64,000 nucleotides of DNA from Candidatus Poribacteria bacterium (GCA_965232235.1 OZ246960.1:871058-935057), one strand, 5' to 3'. Shown: positions 19,828-30,291, numbered from the stretch's first letter. Program-made: numbers and translations. Notes: a model not told the origin generated them from the sequence alone.

Positions 19828-20481
19828 ATGCGCATAGTGACATCCGAATTCCCCGGAGCCGCATTCCCGCCGGGGACGATAGTATCGTTCAGGACAAAGA
19901 CAGGCTTGCAGGAGGGCACCGTCCAAAAACTTCTGACACGGCGGGCGCGGGTTGGGACACGGCACGAAGGTTTATGGGACGTCCCGTACGGCGCCTTGAC
20001 TTGTACAACGCCGGCGGCAGCGCCCGCCATGCCGCTCAAAGAGGTTGAGGCGCTCGGGCTGCGACTCGTCCGAAAACACGAAGCGGTGAACGGTCTGAAA
20101 AAAGGGTGGGATTTTGCGTTCGATCTTGCGCCTGTGCGCGGAGGTGTCTGTAGGTACAAGGATAAGCTGATCGCGCTTTCCGTAACATACTGCTTGAAAG
20201 CATCCAAGCAGGAGATTACCGATACGATTCTGCACGAAATTGCCCACGCCATCGTCGGACCGAATCATGGCCACGATGAGGCGTGGAAAACCGTGGCGCG
20301 GCGGATTGGGTGTACGGCGAAACGCTGCCACCACGTCGACCACACGCCCGCGCGCTGGCGAGGAGCGTGTCCGTGCGGTAAGGAGTGGAAACGGCAGCGC
20401 CTGAGTCAGCGGACACGAAGGGGCCGTTGTCCGAAGTGCAAGGAGAGAATAACTTGGCAAAGGGCAGAGGCAGCATCGTGA
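19828..20481 (+). CDS. SprT-like zinc metallopeptidase domain protein with a C-terminal Cys-rich zinc ribbon
   Basis: HEIAHAIVGPNHGHDEAW (HExxH); CPCG..CPKC. Confidence 0.65.
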   Translation: MRIVTSEFPGAAFPPGTIVSFRTKTGLQEGTVQKLLTRRARVGTRHEGLWDVPYGALTCTTPAAAPAMPLKEVEALGLRLVRKHEAVNGLKKGWDFAFDLAPVRGGVCRYKDKLIALSVTYCLKASKQEITDTILHEIAHAIVGPNHGHDEAWKTVARRIGCTAKRCHHVDHTPARWRGACPCGKEWKRQRLSQRTRRGRCPKCKERITWQRAEAAS

Positions 20482-20632
20482 AGCGCAAACGGCTCACAGA
20501 AACTATACAGTCGGAAAATTGGCATTGAAAACCCACATTAGCGCCGCAATTCTGTGACATCGACCAAGTATGTTGCCCTCTACTGCCGAAGAGTACCAAT
20601 TCATCGCCGCTGATGCTACGGAGAAATCATTG

Positions 20633-22369
20633 ATGACTTACAACTGCCGACAAGTCTATAGTATCCTAACCGTCGTCGCCGTGCTCGTTTCAATCACGGT
20701 CCCCTTGGAAGCTGAATCGCCGGATTTCCCGGACCGTGTTCCGATGGTAGAACGCCCATTTTCGGATGATCCGGACAAGTTCAGCTTTGCTATCATCGGC
20801 GACAAGACCGGCGGCGGCGAGAACAAGTGGCACGTGTTCGACCGTGCCATAGCCGAAATCAATGCGCTAAAACCCGACTTTGCTATCATGGTCGGCGACC
20901 TGATTCAGGGGTACACGGAGGACATTAGGAAGATTGAGTCGGAATGGATTGAGTTCTGGGGGCGTCAATCGCCTTTGGAAGTCCCCTTTATACCGCTGCC
21001 CGGCAACCACGACATCACCAACCGCGTGATGTACGACTACTGGGTTGAAAATCTCGGGCGCACTTATTCGGCGTTCACCTACAAGCACTGCCTTTTTCTG
21101 CTGCTCAACACGGAGGAATGGCACGGTCTTCCCGAATCAGGCGATAGCGCGCCGGAGAACTGGTTCGGCGATCGGCAAATCGACTACGCGCTCACAGTGT
21201 TGGCGGAACACAATGACGTGCGGCACACCTTTGTTATGCTGCACAAACCCGCATGGCTGCATGAAGACTCGGGTTGGCTTGAGATTGAGGCGGGGCTTGC
21301 CGGACGTGAATACACGGTTTTTGCGGGGCACTACCACAACCTGACGCTGCACTCGCGGAACGACCGTCGCTATTTTGTTCTGGGCGCCACCGGCGGCGCT
21401 TTTACGCCGCGGGCGTCGAAGGAGTTCGGCGCGTTCGATCACTACAGCATCGTAACCGTGGACGGCGGCGATGTGGGCGTTGCGATCATCGAACCCGGCA
21501 ACGTTCATCCGGCGGACATTTCGACGGCGGAATTCAAAGAGAAACTGGCGAGCCTAGTCACATTCGAACCCGATTTCAAGGTCAGCAGGAAACAACCGCC
21601 GTCCCGCGGCACGATTGAAGTGCGGTTGAAGAACACGCTCGAAAATCGTGTCAAAGCCGAACTCGCTTTCATCACCGATACGAACTGGCGGGTAACGCCG
21701 CGCATAGTTACCCTCGAAGCTCAACCGGGGGAGGAGATGAGGAGAATCGTGAAGTTTTCCTGCGCAGCCGACGCGTTGCTCCCCTTCCCTACCTACGGCT
21801 ACGGGATTCTGTACGGTGGGGAGCGGTTGTACGGCCGCGCTGATATAATTAACCCGGTTGACCCGACGGACATGCATTCCGTCAAGGACTGGATGGTTCT
21901 AGGGCCGTTCGACCTGGGCGTGACACAAAAACCTACTACGCCGGGAGAATATCCGGCTGCGTTCACCTCAAACTTCCAGCCGAGGCTGGACACTTCAACC
22001 TACCCGGGGAAAACCGGGCAAATCGGCTGGCAGGAATACCGTACTGGAGATGGTCTGGTTAGTTTGGACGAGGCGTTTGGTGAACCGGATTGGGCAATCG
22101 GATACGGAGTGACCCATATCAAGAGCCCCGAGGATCGGACGGTTCTGGCGGCGGTGCAATGGAACGACATCGGGCGGCTCTTCCTCAACGGCGACGAACC
22201 CTGGGTGCAAATCACGGATAACCCACATTTGGGTTACGTCGAACTGCCATTGCGGGCGGGCTGGAACACCCTAATGGTAAAGTGCGCGAACTACACGGGC
22301 GCATGGAGCTTTCGGATAGCAATCGAAAACCCGCGGGACGACCTCCAATTCTCTAATCGGCAGAAGTAG
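20633..22369 (+). CDS. secreted calcineurin-like metallophosphoesterase with an extra C-terminal domain
   Basis: Signal peptide; GDKTGGGE, MVGDLIQ, PGNHD motifs. Confidence 0.65.
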   Translation: MTYNCRQVYSILTVVAVLVSITVPLEAESPDFPDRVPMVERPFSDDPDKFSFAIIGDKTGGGENKWHVFDRAIAEINALKPDFAIMVGDLIQGYTEDIRKIESEWIEFWGRQSPLEVPFIPLPGNHDITNRVMYDYWVENLGRTYSAFTYKHCLFLLLNTEEWHGLPESGDSAPENWFGDRQIDYALTVLAEHNDVRHTFVMLHKPAWLHEDSGWLEIEAGLAGREYTVFAGHYHNLTLHSRNDRRYFVLGATGGAFTPRASKEFGAFDHYSIVTVDGGDVGVAIIEPGNVHPADISTAEFKEKLASLVTFEPDFKVSRKQPPSRGTIEVRLKNTLENRVKAELAFITDTNWRVTPRIVTLEAQPGEEMRRIVKFSCAADALLPFPTYGYGILYGGERLYGRADIINPVDPTDMHSVKDWMVLGPFDLGVTQKPTTPGEYPAAFTSNFQPRLDTSTYPGKTGQIGWQEYRTGDGLVSLDEAFGEPDWAIGYGVTHIKSPEDRTVLAAVQWNDIGRLFLNGDEPWVQITDNPHLGYVELPLRAGWNTLMVKCANYTGAWSFRIAIENPRDDLQFSNRQK

Positions 22370-22736
22370 GGTGGGCACCGCCCACCGTTTCTCGTAGAGA
22401 TTAATCGGGCAAATAGACTAAGCTCGACTTTGTACATTTGAGCGACACAACAAGCGGTGTTAATCAAACGTTGAAGAAACATTGAGAGTGCGCCATTGTC
22501 CCTGTCGGAATAATTCTTTCAGCAAGCAACACTTTCTGGTCGGAGTCCCTTTCCTCGATCCAGAGGATCGAAATGTTAATAGAATGCGGCATGTCCAGAT
22601 TTCCGCGCTCCAGCGGAGCGCCATGTGGTGTATTGATAGATAGTGTTACTTGAGAGGATTTTAACCATCTGGTCTTTTCGGTTGACCTGTGAAAAAATCT
22701 CAGCGGTTTCTAGTGCCATCACAGCGGGGCAAGATG

Positions 22737-22885
22737 GGATCTCTATCGCACTCACTATTCACTCACTTGACCGTAGGTTGGGTTGAACGGTACCTCGAAA
22801 AACTCACACATGGAGCACACATACCTTCGAATCTCCACATCCGCTTATAGGCACCAAAATCTTCGTGAAACCCAACACCTCAGCC
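22737..22885 (+). repeat. R1 repeat copy followed by a REP-like gtaggttgggttgaac..(90 nt)..gtgaaacccaac
   Basis: Seen directly. Confidence 0.5.
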
Positions 22886-22910
22886 AACCTCAACAATGAA
22901 GGCAAGCTTT

Positions 22911-23702
22911 ATGTCCATTTACCTTGAACCGTCACAACTCAATTTTTGGGAAACTAACGGCTATCTCAGAATTCCCGGTTTTTTATCGGATAGCGAGGTT
23001 TCCGCACTGCGTCAATGGGTTGCCGAAATCGAAGGCTGGGAGCAGGATCCGGGTAGATGGATCCACCACTACGAATCGGTATCGGATGGCACCAGGCTCT
23101 CGCGTACCGAAGACTTCATTCCGTATCACGAGGGAATGAAATCGACACTGACGAGCGGCAAAGTGCCGGACGTTATCTCGGAGTTGACCGGAGAGCCAGC
23201 CGTTCTCTACAAAGAGAAAATCAACTACAAATATCCCGGCGGCGGCGGTTATGCCCCTCATCAGGATGCCCCCGCCTACGAGTTCGTCAAAAACCACACC
23301 ACATGCTTAATCTCGATAGATGCGTCGACGGCAGAGAACGGGTGTCTGTACTTCTCGCCCGGGCGGCATCGCGAGGGCATGATTGCGCTGGACGCTGACG
23401 GCTGTATTGATCCCGACGTTGCAGATAGCATGGATTGGGTTGCCGCGCCCACGCAGCCGGGCGACATTCTGTTGTTCAGCTCCTACGTTCCGCACAAGAG
23501 CGGCGAAAACGGCTCAAATCTCCCCAGACGCATCATCTACGCCGTCTACAATAACCTCTCCGACGGCGATTGGCGCGACAAATATTACGAGGACAAGCGT
23601 CAAGCTTTTTCACAATATGCGGGGGACGAGTCGGGAAAATCCGGTCAAATCAGTAAGATAGCCCATTTTCAAGGAAGGACGGTTTTGAACCATGAAGAAT
23701 AG
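22911..23702 (+). CDS. PhyH-family Fe(II)/2-oxoglutarate dioxygenase, PhnY-like candidate
   Basis: YAPHQDAPAY ..VPHKS.. HxD...H facial triad; PhyH-like N-terminus; about 265 aa. Confidence 0.5.
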   Translation: MSIYLEPSQLNFWETNGYLRIPGFLSDSEVSALRQWVAEIEGWEQDPGRWIHHYESVSDGTRLSRTEDFIPYHEGMKSTLTSGKVPDVISELTGEPAVLYKEKINYKYPGGGGYAPHQDAPAYEFVKNHTTCLISIDASTAENGCLYFSPGRHREGMIALDADGCIDPDVADSMDWVAAPTQPGDILLFSSYVPHKSGENGSNLPRRIIYAVYNNLSDGDWRDKYYEDKRQAFSQYAGDESGKSGQISKIAHFQGRTVLNHEE

Positions 23703-24288
23703 CCCCCACGAAACGCTCGCGGAGGACATGACAGGCGCATCGAGCAGTCAGAAGGTTGCCGCCTTATTCGACTTTATGATGCGGAGAGGACAGACTTTCT
23801 ACGACGAGTCCGTGACGCAACTTGAACACGCGCTCCAATGCGCCAACCAAGCGAAAATTCATGACGCCACGGCAACGCAGATAACAAGCGCCCTGCTGCA
23901 TGATCTCGGTCATTTTCTGCTGGACGAGCACAACGCCGACAAAGCGTTTTTGGCGGACGACCTGAATCACGAAGCGGTGGGCGCGGAGTTTATGGAGGCG
24001 TTCTTCCCGGATGCGGTAACGACGCCGGTGCGGTTGCACGTTCCCGCAAAACGCTACCTCTGCACGACAGACGCGGCGTACTACGACGGATTATCCGAAG
24101 CGTCAAAGCGAAGTTTACGAGTTCAGGGTGGTGTGATGTCGGATGAGGAGCGGTCCGCGTTTGAGCGAATCCCCCATTTCGAGGATGCGCTCAGCTTGCG
24201 CCGGTGGGACGATCTCGCGAAAGTGAAAAACCTCGAAACACCCGGGTTGGAGACTTACCGCGGCGTTGTAGAGAGTTGTTTGCGGTGA
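23692..24288 (+). CDS. HD-domain phosphohydrolase/oxygenase, PhnZ-like candidate
   Basis: ALLHDLGHFL HD motif; about 195 aa; start overlaps the stop of the PhyH gene. Confidence 0.45.
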   Translation: MKNSPHETLAEDMTGASSSQKVAALFDFMMRRGQTFYDESVTQLEHALQCANQAKIHDATATQITSALLHDLGHFLLDEHNADKAFLADDLNHEAVGAEFMEAFFPDAVTTPVRLHVPAKRYLCTTDAAYYDGLSEASKRSLRVQGGVMSDEERSAFERIPHFEDALSLRRWDDLAKVKNLETPGLETYRGVVESCLR

Positions 24289-24353
24289 GGCGTTAGGGAT
24301 TGCCAATTCGTATCGATGCACCGCCTGCGTACAGAATCACAGCGAAACCCAAC

Positions 24354-24680
24354 TTACGCATTTTCGGTGTTGACGCTTACACGTTCTCTGATTTCGGCGC
24401 GAAGATCGTTTGCTGCATTATTAAGTTGTTCTGTGAATTTCCTCGTGTCCTCATGAATCGCTTGGGAGTTGGCATCAATCTTATCGGAATGTCGTTGGAT
24501 TTCAGATCGCATGTGGCGCATCTCTTCGCGAATTTCATTAGTGATCGCAAGCGTTGCAGAAAATCCGTGATTAAGGGTAATTGTGAGTTTGGTGATCCTG
24601 CTACCTATGTGCTTTCCCCGTTTATCGATTGAGCGATCCATATCAACCTTGCTCTGAAATCGCCACCCCAACAAAAACAC
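24354..24680 (-). CDS. hypothetical coiled-coil protein (108 aa)
   Basis: ORF track only. Confidence 0.25.
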   Translation of the reverse strand: MFLLGWRFQSKVDMDRSIDKRGKHIGSRITKLTITLNHGFSATLAITNEIREEMRHMRSEIQRHSDKIDANSQAIHEDTRKFTEQLNNAANDLRAEIRERVSVNTENA

Positions 24681-24929
24681 CGTAACTCAGATTCCCAGAA
24701 ATGTACACAAATTGACTATAAGCAGAAGCCATACCGTCAAAACATCAATAGAGTTGTCCATTGTCTCAAACTCTACCTTCTACGCCAAATTCTCAAGCCG
24801 TTTCGCTCCAAATTAACTGCATACCCAAATCACACGCCGCCAATTAAAACGATTCAATTGTTTTGGATACATGCAGTCTGGACGAAGTCGGAAATTTTAT
24901 AGCCATCAATCGCACCCTTCAACTTGTGA

Positions 24930-26456
24930 TTACCCTAATATAAGCGGCAGGATGAAGGGCACAATCAACTTCTGAATCACGGTTAGCGTTCCAAAGATTG
25001 AATAAAACACGGCGCACAGCACCAGCCCAATCTGCCGCCAAACCGGAGGCCAAATCTCTTTCGGCAGGAACTTCCGGTTCACGTAAAGCGTGTGCAGCGA
25101 CGTAATCACCAGCAGGTATCCGCCAATCGTCGCGGAAACCAGAATCATGAAAAACGGTTTGGCTAGGTACATGGCGACGACGCCCCAAAGAATATAAACG
25201 ATGAGAATAGGATAATAGATGTATTTCGCATCCGATTCTTTCATTCCCCTCGCCTTTGAGAACCCTGTCCAGATGATGTCCGTGTAACGACGCGGAACCA
25301 TGTCCACGTTGCCCAACTGCGTGGAAAATAGCACCCAAAACCCGCACAACAGTGTAAGATACCAAAAGATTTGCCCACCCTTCTCCGCGAGTCCCTCCGC
25401 TTGGAATGCCGCTGCCGACCACTCGTCAATCGCCTGCCCCGCCGGGACAAATGAAATGGTTAGCATTGCGGGAAGCGCCATCCCGAAAAAGCAGCCTACC
25501 ACCCAGATATAGTATTGCTCGAAGCGGTTATACTTCCACCACTCGCGGAAGCGTTTCACGTTTTCCGGGGTAATTCGAAACACCTTGCCGAGATGCGACA
25601 GCGTCACCTTCTGCCCGCCGATTATCGACGGTATGGCTCCAACCAGTCTGCTCATGCCCCAGCCCTTATCGCGGACGTAGTTGGTAATGGTAATGTTCCC
25701 CAATCCGCCGCTGCCGGCGAACGCCGCAAACGCACCGAGCAGCAGCCAGTCAATCCCGCCGCCGCCCTCGTCCGGCGAAGGCAATGCGCCGAAACTAAAG
25801 AACCCTTTGATAACCGTCCACCAAACCTTCGGGGAGACCATGAAGATGTCGATGATGAGCAGGTATCCGATAATCCATACGACCATGACGAGTTGAACTT
25901 TCTCAAGGGCGTTATAGATTTTGCCGCCGAACAGAACAATAAAAAGACAAACGAAGAAGATGAGATACGCAAATGTCCGAACCGTTCCCTGATCGGCATC
26001 GGCGGGCATATACCCCAACCACGCGGCGGCAACGGCTGTAGCCGCCGCCATCGCCCAGCCGGGCCAGATCCCGAAGAAGTCGATGATTGAATAGAAGAAC
26101 GCCCAGAACCGCGACCCCGGACGGCACCGCATGTAGCCGCTCAACATCGGTTCGCCCGTGTAAAGGGTGTAGCGTATGGATTCCGTGTTGAGGAACGCCT
26201 GAAGGAAGATGGCAATCGACGCTATCCAGAGTAGCCTGCCGCCGTATTGTGCCGTAATCGCGGGACCTAACAGCCATTCCCCGCTGCCAATCGATCCGCC
26301 AAGCATGATGATTCCAGGACCCAGGATATTGCGAAATGCACCCCCGAAACGGTAGGCCGGCGGTGCGGGTAGATCATGAACCTCCCAGTCCGGCAAACAC
26401 CCGCCGGGGACCGTTTCCGCGGCTGATCTGTCCGTGTTATTTTGATTTTCTGCCAT
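24930..26456 (-). CDS. NRAMP-related polytopic membrane transporter (variant motif)
   Basis: LGPGIIMLGGSIGSGEW..YGGRLLW matches the NRAMP TM1 region, with GSGE in place of DPGN; more than 10 predicted TM helices. Confidence 0.45.
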   Translation of the reverse strand: MAENQNNTDRSAAETVPGGCLPDWEVHDLPAPPAYRFGGAFRNILGPGIIMLGGSIGSGEWLLGPAITAQYGGRLLWIASIAIFLQAFLNTESIRYTLYTGEPMLSGYMRCRPGSRFWAFFYSIIDFFGIWPGWAMAAATAVAAAWLGYMPADADQGTVRTFAYLIFFVCLFIVLFGGKIYNALEKVQLVMVVWIIGYLLIIDIFMVSPKVWWTVIKGFFSFGALPSPDEGGGGIDWLLLGAFAAFAGSGGLGNITITNYVRDKGWGMSRLVGAIPSIIGGQKVTLSHLGKVFRITPENVKRFREWWKYNRFEQYYIWVVGCFFGMALPAMLTISFVPAGQAIDEWSAAAFQAEGLAEKGGQIFWYLTLLCGFWVLFSTQLGNVDMVPRRYTDIIWTGFSKARGMKESDAKYIYYPILIVYILWGVVAMYLAKPFFMILVSATIGGYLLVITSLHTLYVNRKFLPKEIWPPVWRQIGLVLCAVFYSIFGTLTVIQKLIVPFILPLILG

Positions 26457-26741
26457 ATCGTCTCCGATTTCCCGTAGGGTGCGCGCTGCGCACCGGCCTT
26501 TTGCTCCTTCGCAACCAAGAGGCGATTTCTATCGCAGTGCGTCGGCAAATGATGGCGGGCAATGCCCACCCTACACATAGGCTATTCATTCGGTTGATCG
26601 CTATTCGCTCATTTGACTTCGTTATTCAGGCGCATAATCGATTGTTGGATATCGTTTGTTCCCACCCTTACATGCTATCGCGACCGGGAGGTCGCTCCTA
26701 CAAAATCCGTGTCAATTTACGCCATCCCATAGTTCCAATCT

Positions 26742-27716
26742 TTAAGGCGTTTGTGCGCCCTGTGTCTCCACATAGAGCGAATATAAAGATTGGCTGCCAG
26801 CCATAAACAGCCGATTCCTCTTGACGCCGCCGAAGCACAGATTGGCGCAAACCTCGGGGAGATGGATTCTGCCGATGAGGTCGCCGTCCGGGGCGAAGAC
26901 GTGTACCCCGTCGAATCCTTCGCCAGCCCAGCCCGCCGACGCCCACAGGTTGCCGTCAATGTCGCAGCGTATGCCATCCGAAGTTCCCGGCGCCATGTCG
27001 CAAAAATTCCTGCCGTTCGTCACGCTCGAACAGTCCACGACATCGTAGACGCGGATGTGACGAGAATGATCCGGCTTGTGCGAGACGCCGGTGTCAACCA
27101 GATAGAGACACGAGTAATCGGGCGAGAAACATAGTCCGTTCGGTTTCTCAAGTTCGTCTACCACCACGGTTGCCTCGCCGGTATCCGGATTGAGGCGGTA
27201 GACGTTGGTCGGTAACTCGAAATCTGCCCGGTGTCCCTCATAATTCAAGAGTATCCCGTACCCCGGATCGGTGAACCAAACGTGCCCGTCTTTGTGCACC
27301 ACCGCATCGTTGGGCGCGTTCAAGCGCTTGCCCTCGAACATGTCCATCAGTACCGTGATTGTGCCGTCAAGCTCGGTGCGCGTGACGCGGCGTGCGCCGT
27401 GTTCACAGGTAATCAGCCGCCCCTGTTTGTCGCGCGTGTTGCCGTTGCTGTTGTTGGAAGGCGATCGGTAGACGCTAACCTCGCCCGTCGCCTCCGTCCA
27501 ACGCAAGATTCTGTTATTGGGGATGTCGCTCCAAAGGAGATAGCGTCCATCGCCAAACCATACGGGGCCTTCCGCCCAGCGGCAACCGGTCCAGAGACGT
27601 TCCACCGCCGAATTTCCAATTGCATAATTTTTAAACCGCGGATCGAGTATTTCTATTGCCGGATCGGGATACCGAACCGGTCCCCCATCCCAATTTCTAT
27701 TCATAGATGCCTCCAC
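26742..27716 (-). CDS. SMP-30/gluconolactonase/LRE-like beta-propeller hydrolase
   Basis: EGPVW, LLWSDIPNNRI, NAPNDAVV, WFTDPGYG motifs. Confidence 0.75.
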   Translation of the reverse strand: MEASMNRNWDGGPVRYPDPAIEILDPRFKNYAIGNSAVERLWTGCRWAEGPVWFGDGRYLLWSDIPNNRILRWTEATGEVSVYRSPSNNSNGNTRDKQGRLITCEHGARRVTRTELDGTITVLMDMFEGKRLNAPNDAVVHKDGHVWFTDPGYGILLNYEGHRADFELPTNVYRLNPDTGEATVVVDELEKPNGLCFSPDYSCLYLVDTGVSHKPDHSRHIRVYDVVDCSSVTNGRNFCDMAPGTSDGIRCDIDGNLWASAGWAGEGFDGVHVFAPDGDLIGRIHLPEVCANLCFGGVKRNRLFMAGSQSLYSLYVETQGAQTP

Positions 27717-27943
27717 CGTGTTTCTCTACCGAATCCATAAGTAGGGTACGGCCCTTGTGCCGTACCGAAACCAGGAGTAACAATCATGATTGCCCCGACC
27801 GGACTGTTTGCGATCTACTGACGCCAATTGGGGAGAGGTCCGTAGGTTGGGTTGAACCCCGTGAAACCCAACATTTTGGCTTTCATTTCTTCGTTCGTTA
27901 AGATTTAGACGACGTGGAAGCGTACCTTCCACTCTTCCGTCCC

Positions 27944-29101
27944 TCACTCCGACGAAAACGTGAACAGAAGGCTGTGGCTATAGACATCTCCCGGACGCAG
28001 AATAACCGATTGCCAACCGGGCGTCCCCTCTTTGTTGATTGCATCCGGAAAGTGCTGGGTTTCGAGACAGAACCCCGCATGTTTTTTGTAGACCGTATCG
28101 TCCTTGCCGGTGAGTGAACCATCAAGGTAGTTGCCGGTGTAGAGTTGCACCCCCGGCGCGTCTGTGTGCACTTCCATCTTGCGACCGGAACTCGGTGCAC
28201 TGACACGTGCCGCCAATCTCATCTCCCCCGCCTCCCCATTGAGAGCGAAATTGATGTCGTATCCTCCCGGATCCTCGCCGCCATCCCCGGGCAACTGTCC
28301 AATGTCCCGTCCAATCGGTTTGGATTCGCGGAAATCGTACGGCGTGTTTTCCACCGATGCAATCTCGCCGGTGGGGATGACCGTTTCGTCGGTCGGCGTG
28401 TAGTTGTCGGCATTCAGGCTCAATTCGTGCTTGAGGATATCGCCGGCGTCATGCCCGGCGAGATTCCAGTACGCATGATTGGCAAGATTCACGATGGTGG
28501 GCGCATCGGTTTCTGCGCGCATATCTATCCGAAGGTCGCGCGTCATTAGGGTGTAAGTGACCGTCACCGTCAGGTTGCCGGGATAGCCCTCTTCGCCGTC
28601 GGGGCTGACGTATTTCATTGTCAAGAACGCACCGTCGGCGCCTTTCTTTGACTCTACGACATCCCACACCTTTTTGTCAAAGCCCTCCTCGCCGCCGTGC
28701 AGGTGGCTGGGACCGATGTTGGTCGCGAGTGTGTACTCCTTTCCATCAAGCGTGAATTTGCCGTCGGTGATGCGGTTCGCGACTCTGCCGACAGTGCAGC
28801 CGAAATACGGGTGACCGGCGAGGTAGCCGTCAAGCGTATCGAATCCGAGGGCGACATCGGCGTTCTCCCCGTTGCGGTCAGGGAGGTGAAGTTCCGTGAG
28901 GAGCGCCCCGTAGTTGGTGATTTTTGCGGTTATGCCGTACCCGTTCTTGAGCGTGTATAGATAAACGGGTGTGCCGCCAACCGTTCCCCATTCGCTTTTG
29001 TGGATACCTGCGCCGCCGTGCCCTGTAACGTGTGCTCGGGCGGACGTCACCAGTAAGCCCACCATGAGCATTAACGCAACTGTGTATACGGAAATTCCCA
29101 T
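27944..29101 (-). CDS. galM: aldose 1-epimerase (galactose mutarotase), secreted
   Basis: Signal peptide; HLHGG and characteristic mutarotase blocks. Confidence 0.75.
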   Translation of the reverse strand: MGISVYTVALMLMVGLLVTSARAHVTGHGGAGIHKSEWGTVGGTPVYLYTLKNGYGITAKITNYGALLTELHLPDRNGENADVALGFDTLDGYLAGHPYFGCTVGRVANRITDGKFTLDGKEYTLATNIGPSHLHGGEEGFDKKVWDVVESKKGADGAFLTMKYVSPDGEEGYPGNLTVTVTYTLMTRDLRIDMRAETDAPTIVNLANHAYWNLAGHDAGDILKHELSLNADNYTPTDETVIPTGEIASVENTPYDFRESKPIGRDIGQLPGDGGEDPGGYDINFALNGEAGEMRLAARVSAPSSGRKMEVHTDAPGVQLYTGNYLDGSLTGKDDTVYKKHAGFCLETQHFPDAINKEGTPGWQSVILRPGDVYSHSLLFTFSSE

Positions 29102-29410
29102 CGTTTACCTCCTTGGAATAGAGAATGAATTTCTTTTCGAATCTTCAGATTATCCTTCTAAATCTGTAGGGTGCGCACGGCGCACCAGCCTTTTCTCATG
29201 CAAGATACCCCGTAGATTGAATAGTGCACGGTAAAGAATCCAGACAACGAGTGCTTGCGGTAGGAGAGAATTCCAATTCCTGATGTGTGTGGATACTCAT
29301 CGCTCGGGATTAGCAATCAGGATTCTCTATCGCGCTCTCTATGCGGTCGCTTGTACCTTCCTTATTCAATCGCTTGATTATTACCACCGCAATCCAATAG
29401 CACTCACGAT

Positions 29411-29623
29411 TCATCTGCGCCAGTATGTGCGAGGCTTCTTCCGAGTTTTGCTAGCCTCGCGCTTTTTCTTCTCCTCTAGTTTCGCGTGGTAGAGTTGATG
29501 ACACTCACGGCAGAGCGCGGTTAAATCTGTGAGCCGCTCTTTGCCTCGGCGTTGGTAATTCACGTGATGCACCTCGGTGGCGGGGGCACCGCAGACGCGA
29601 CACTTCCCGCCAGATTTTTTCAT
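29411..29623 (-). CDS. small HNH nuclease-motif protein (70 aa)
   Basis: CRVCG..EVHHVNY..N..CRECHQLYH; the ORF could extend upstream into repeat-derived sequence. Confidence 0.45.
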   Translation of the reverse strand: MKKSGGKCRVCGAPATEVHHVNYQRRGKERLTDLTALCRECHQLYHAKLEEKKKREASKTRKKPRTYWRR

Positions 29624-29821
29624 GATGGTATCGCGCTTTGATTTCCATTTTGACGATCCCAGATACGACCTGTAATTGCGTTGACGTGTTTGCTTGGACG
29701 GTTGATGTTGTCTTTTTCGCTGCGCCACTGTGAACCATCCTTTCGAGTAAATGTCAGCACTCCTGTAGGGTGCGCACCTGTCGAAGTTATGAAATATGAG
29801 TAGGATGGGCGATCCCCCTGG

Positions 29822-30245
29822 GACCTCTATCGCGCTCATTATCCATTCGCTTGATTCTCCCACAATCGGGGAACAATAAGCTCTATCGGGATTGGATACC
29901 GTACCCAATGTCTCACGTGGCACTCCGCTGGAGTGCAGGAACTGGGACTTTTCCTTTCTATTGACATGCCGCCCCTCCGGGGCGGGGAGCCGCGTTCTGG
30001 AGGGGATCTCTGTGGGAACGCTATCGCGCTCATTATCCATTCGCTTGATCCTCCCACAATCGGGGAACAATAAGCTCTATCGGGATTGGATACCGTACCC
30101 AATGTCTCATATGGCACTCCGCTGGAGTGCAGGAATTGGGACTTTTCCTTTCTATTGACATGCCGCCCCTCCGGGGCGGGGAGTCGCGTTCTGGAGGGGA
30201 TCTCTGTGGGAACGCTATCGCGCTCATTATCCATTCGCTTGATCC
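29822..30245 (+). repeat. 194-bp tandem direct repeat (2.15 copies), each unit holding R1 + hairpin + ttctattgacat + GC hairpin
   Basis: The consensus starts at 29827, 30021 and 30215. Confidence 0.8.
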
Positions 30246-30291
30246 CCGCTCCTATGAAGATGGTGGGCGGTGCCCACCCTACAGATCTCGT

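Noticed and set aside
29283-30245. Possible CRISPR array at the clustered short repeats (also 58130-58720, 59320-59960)
   Set aside because: Unit spacing is irregular, units are degenerate, and they appear in both orientations and at more than 25 scattered loci. No cas genes were seen. This fits REP/MITE-like repeats better than CRISPR.
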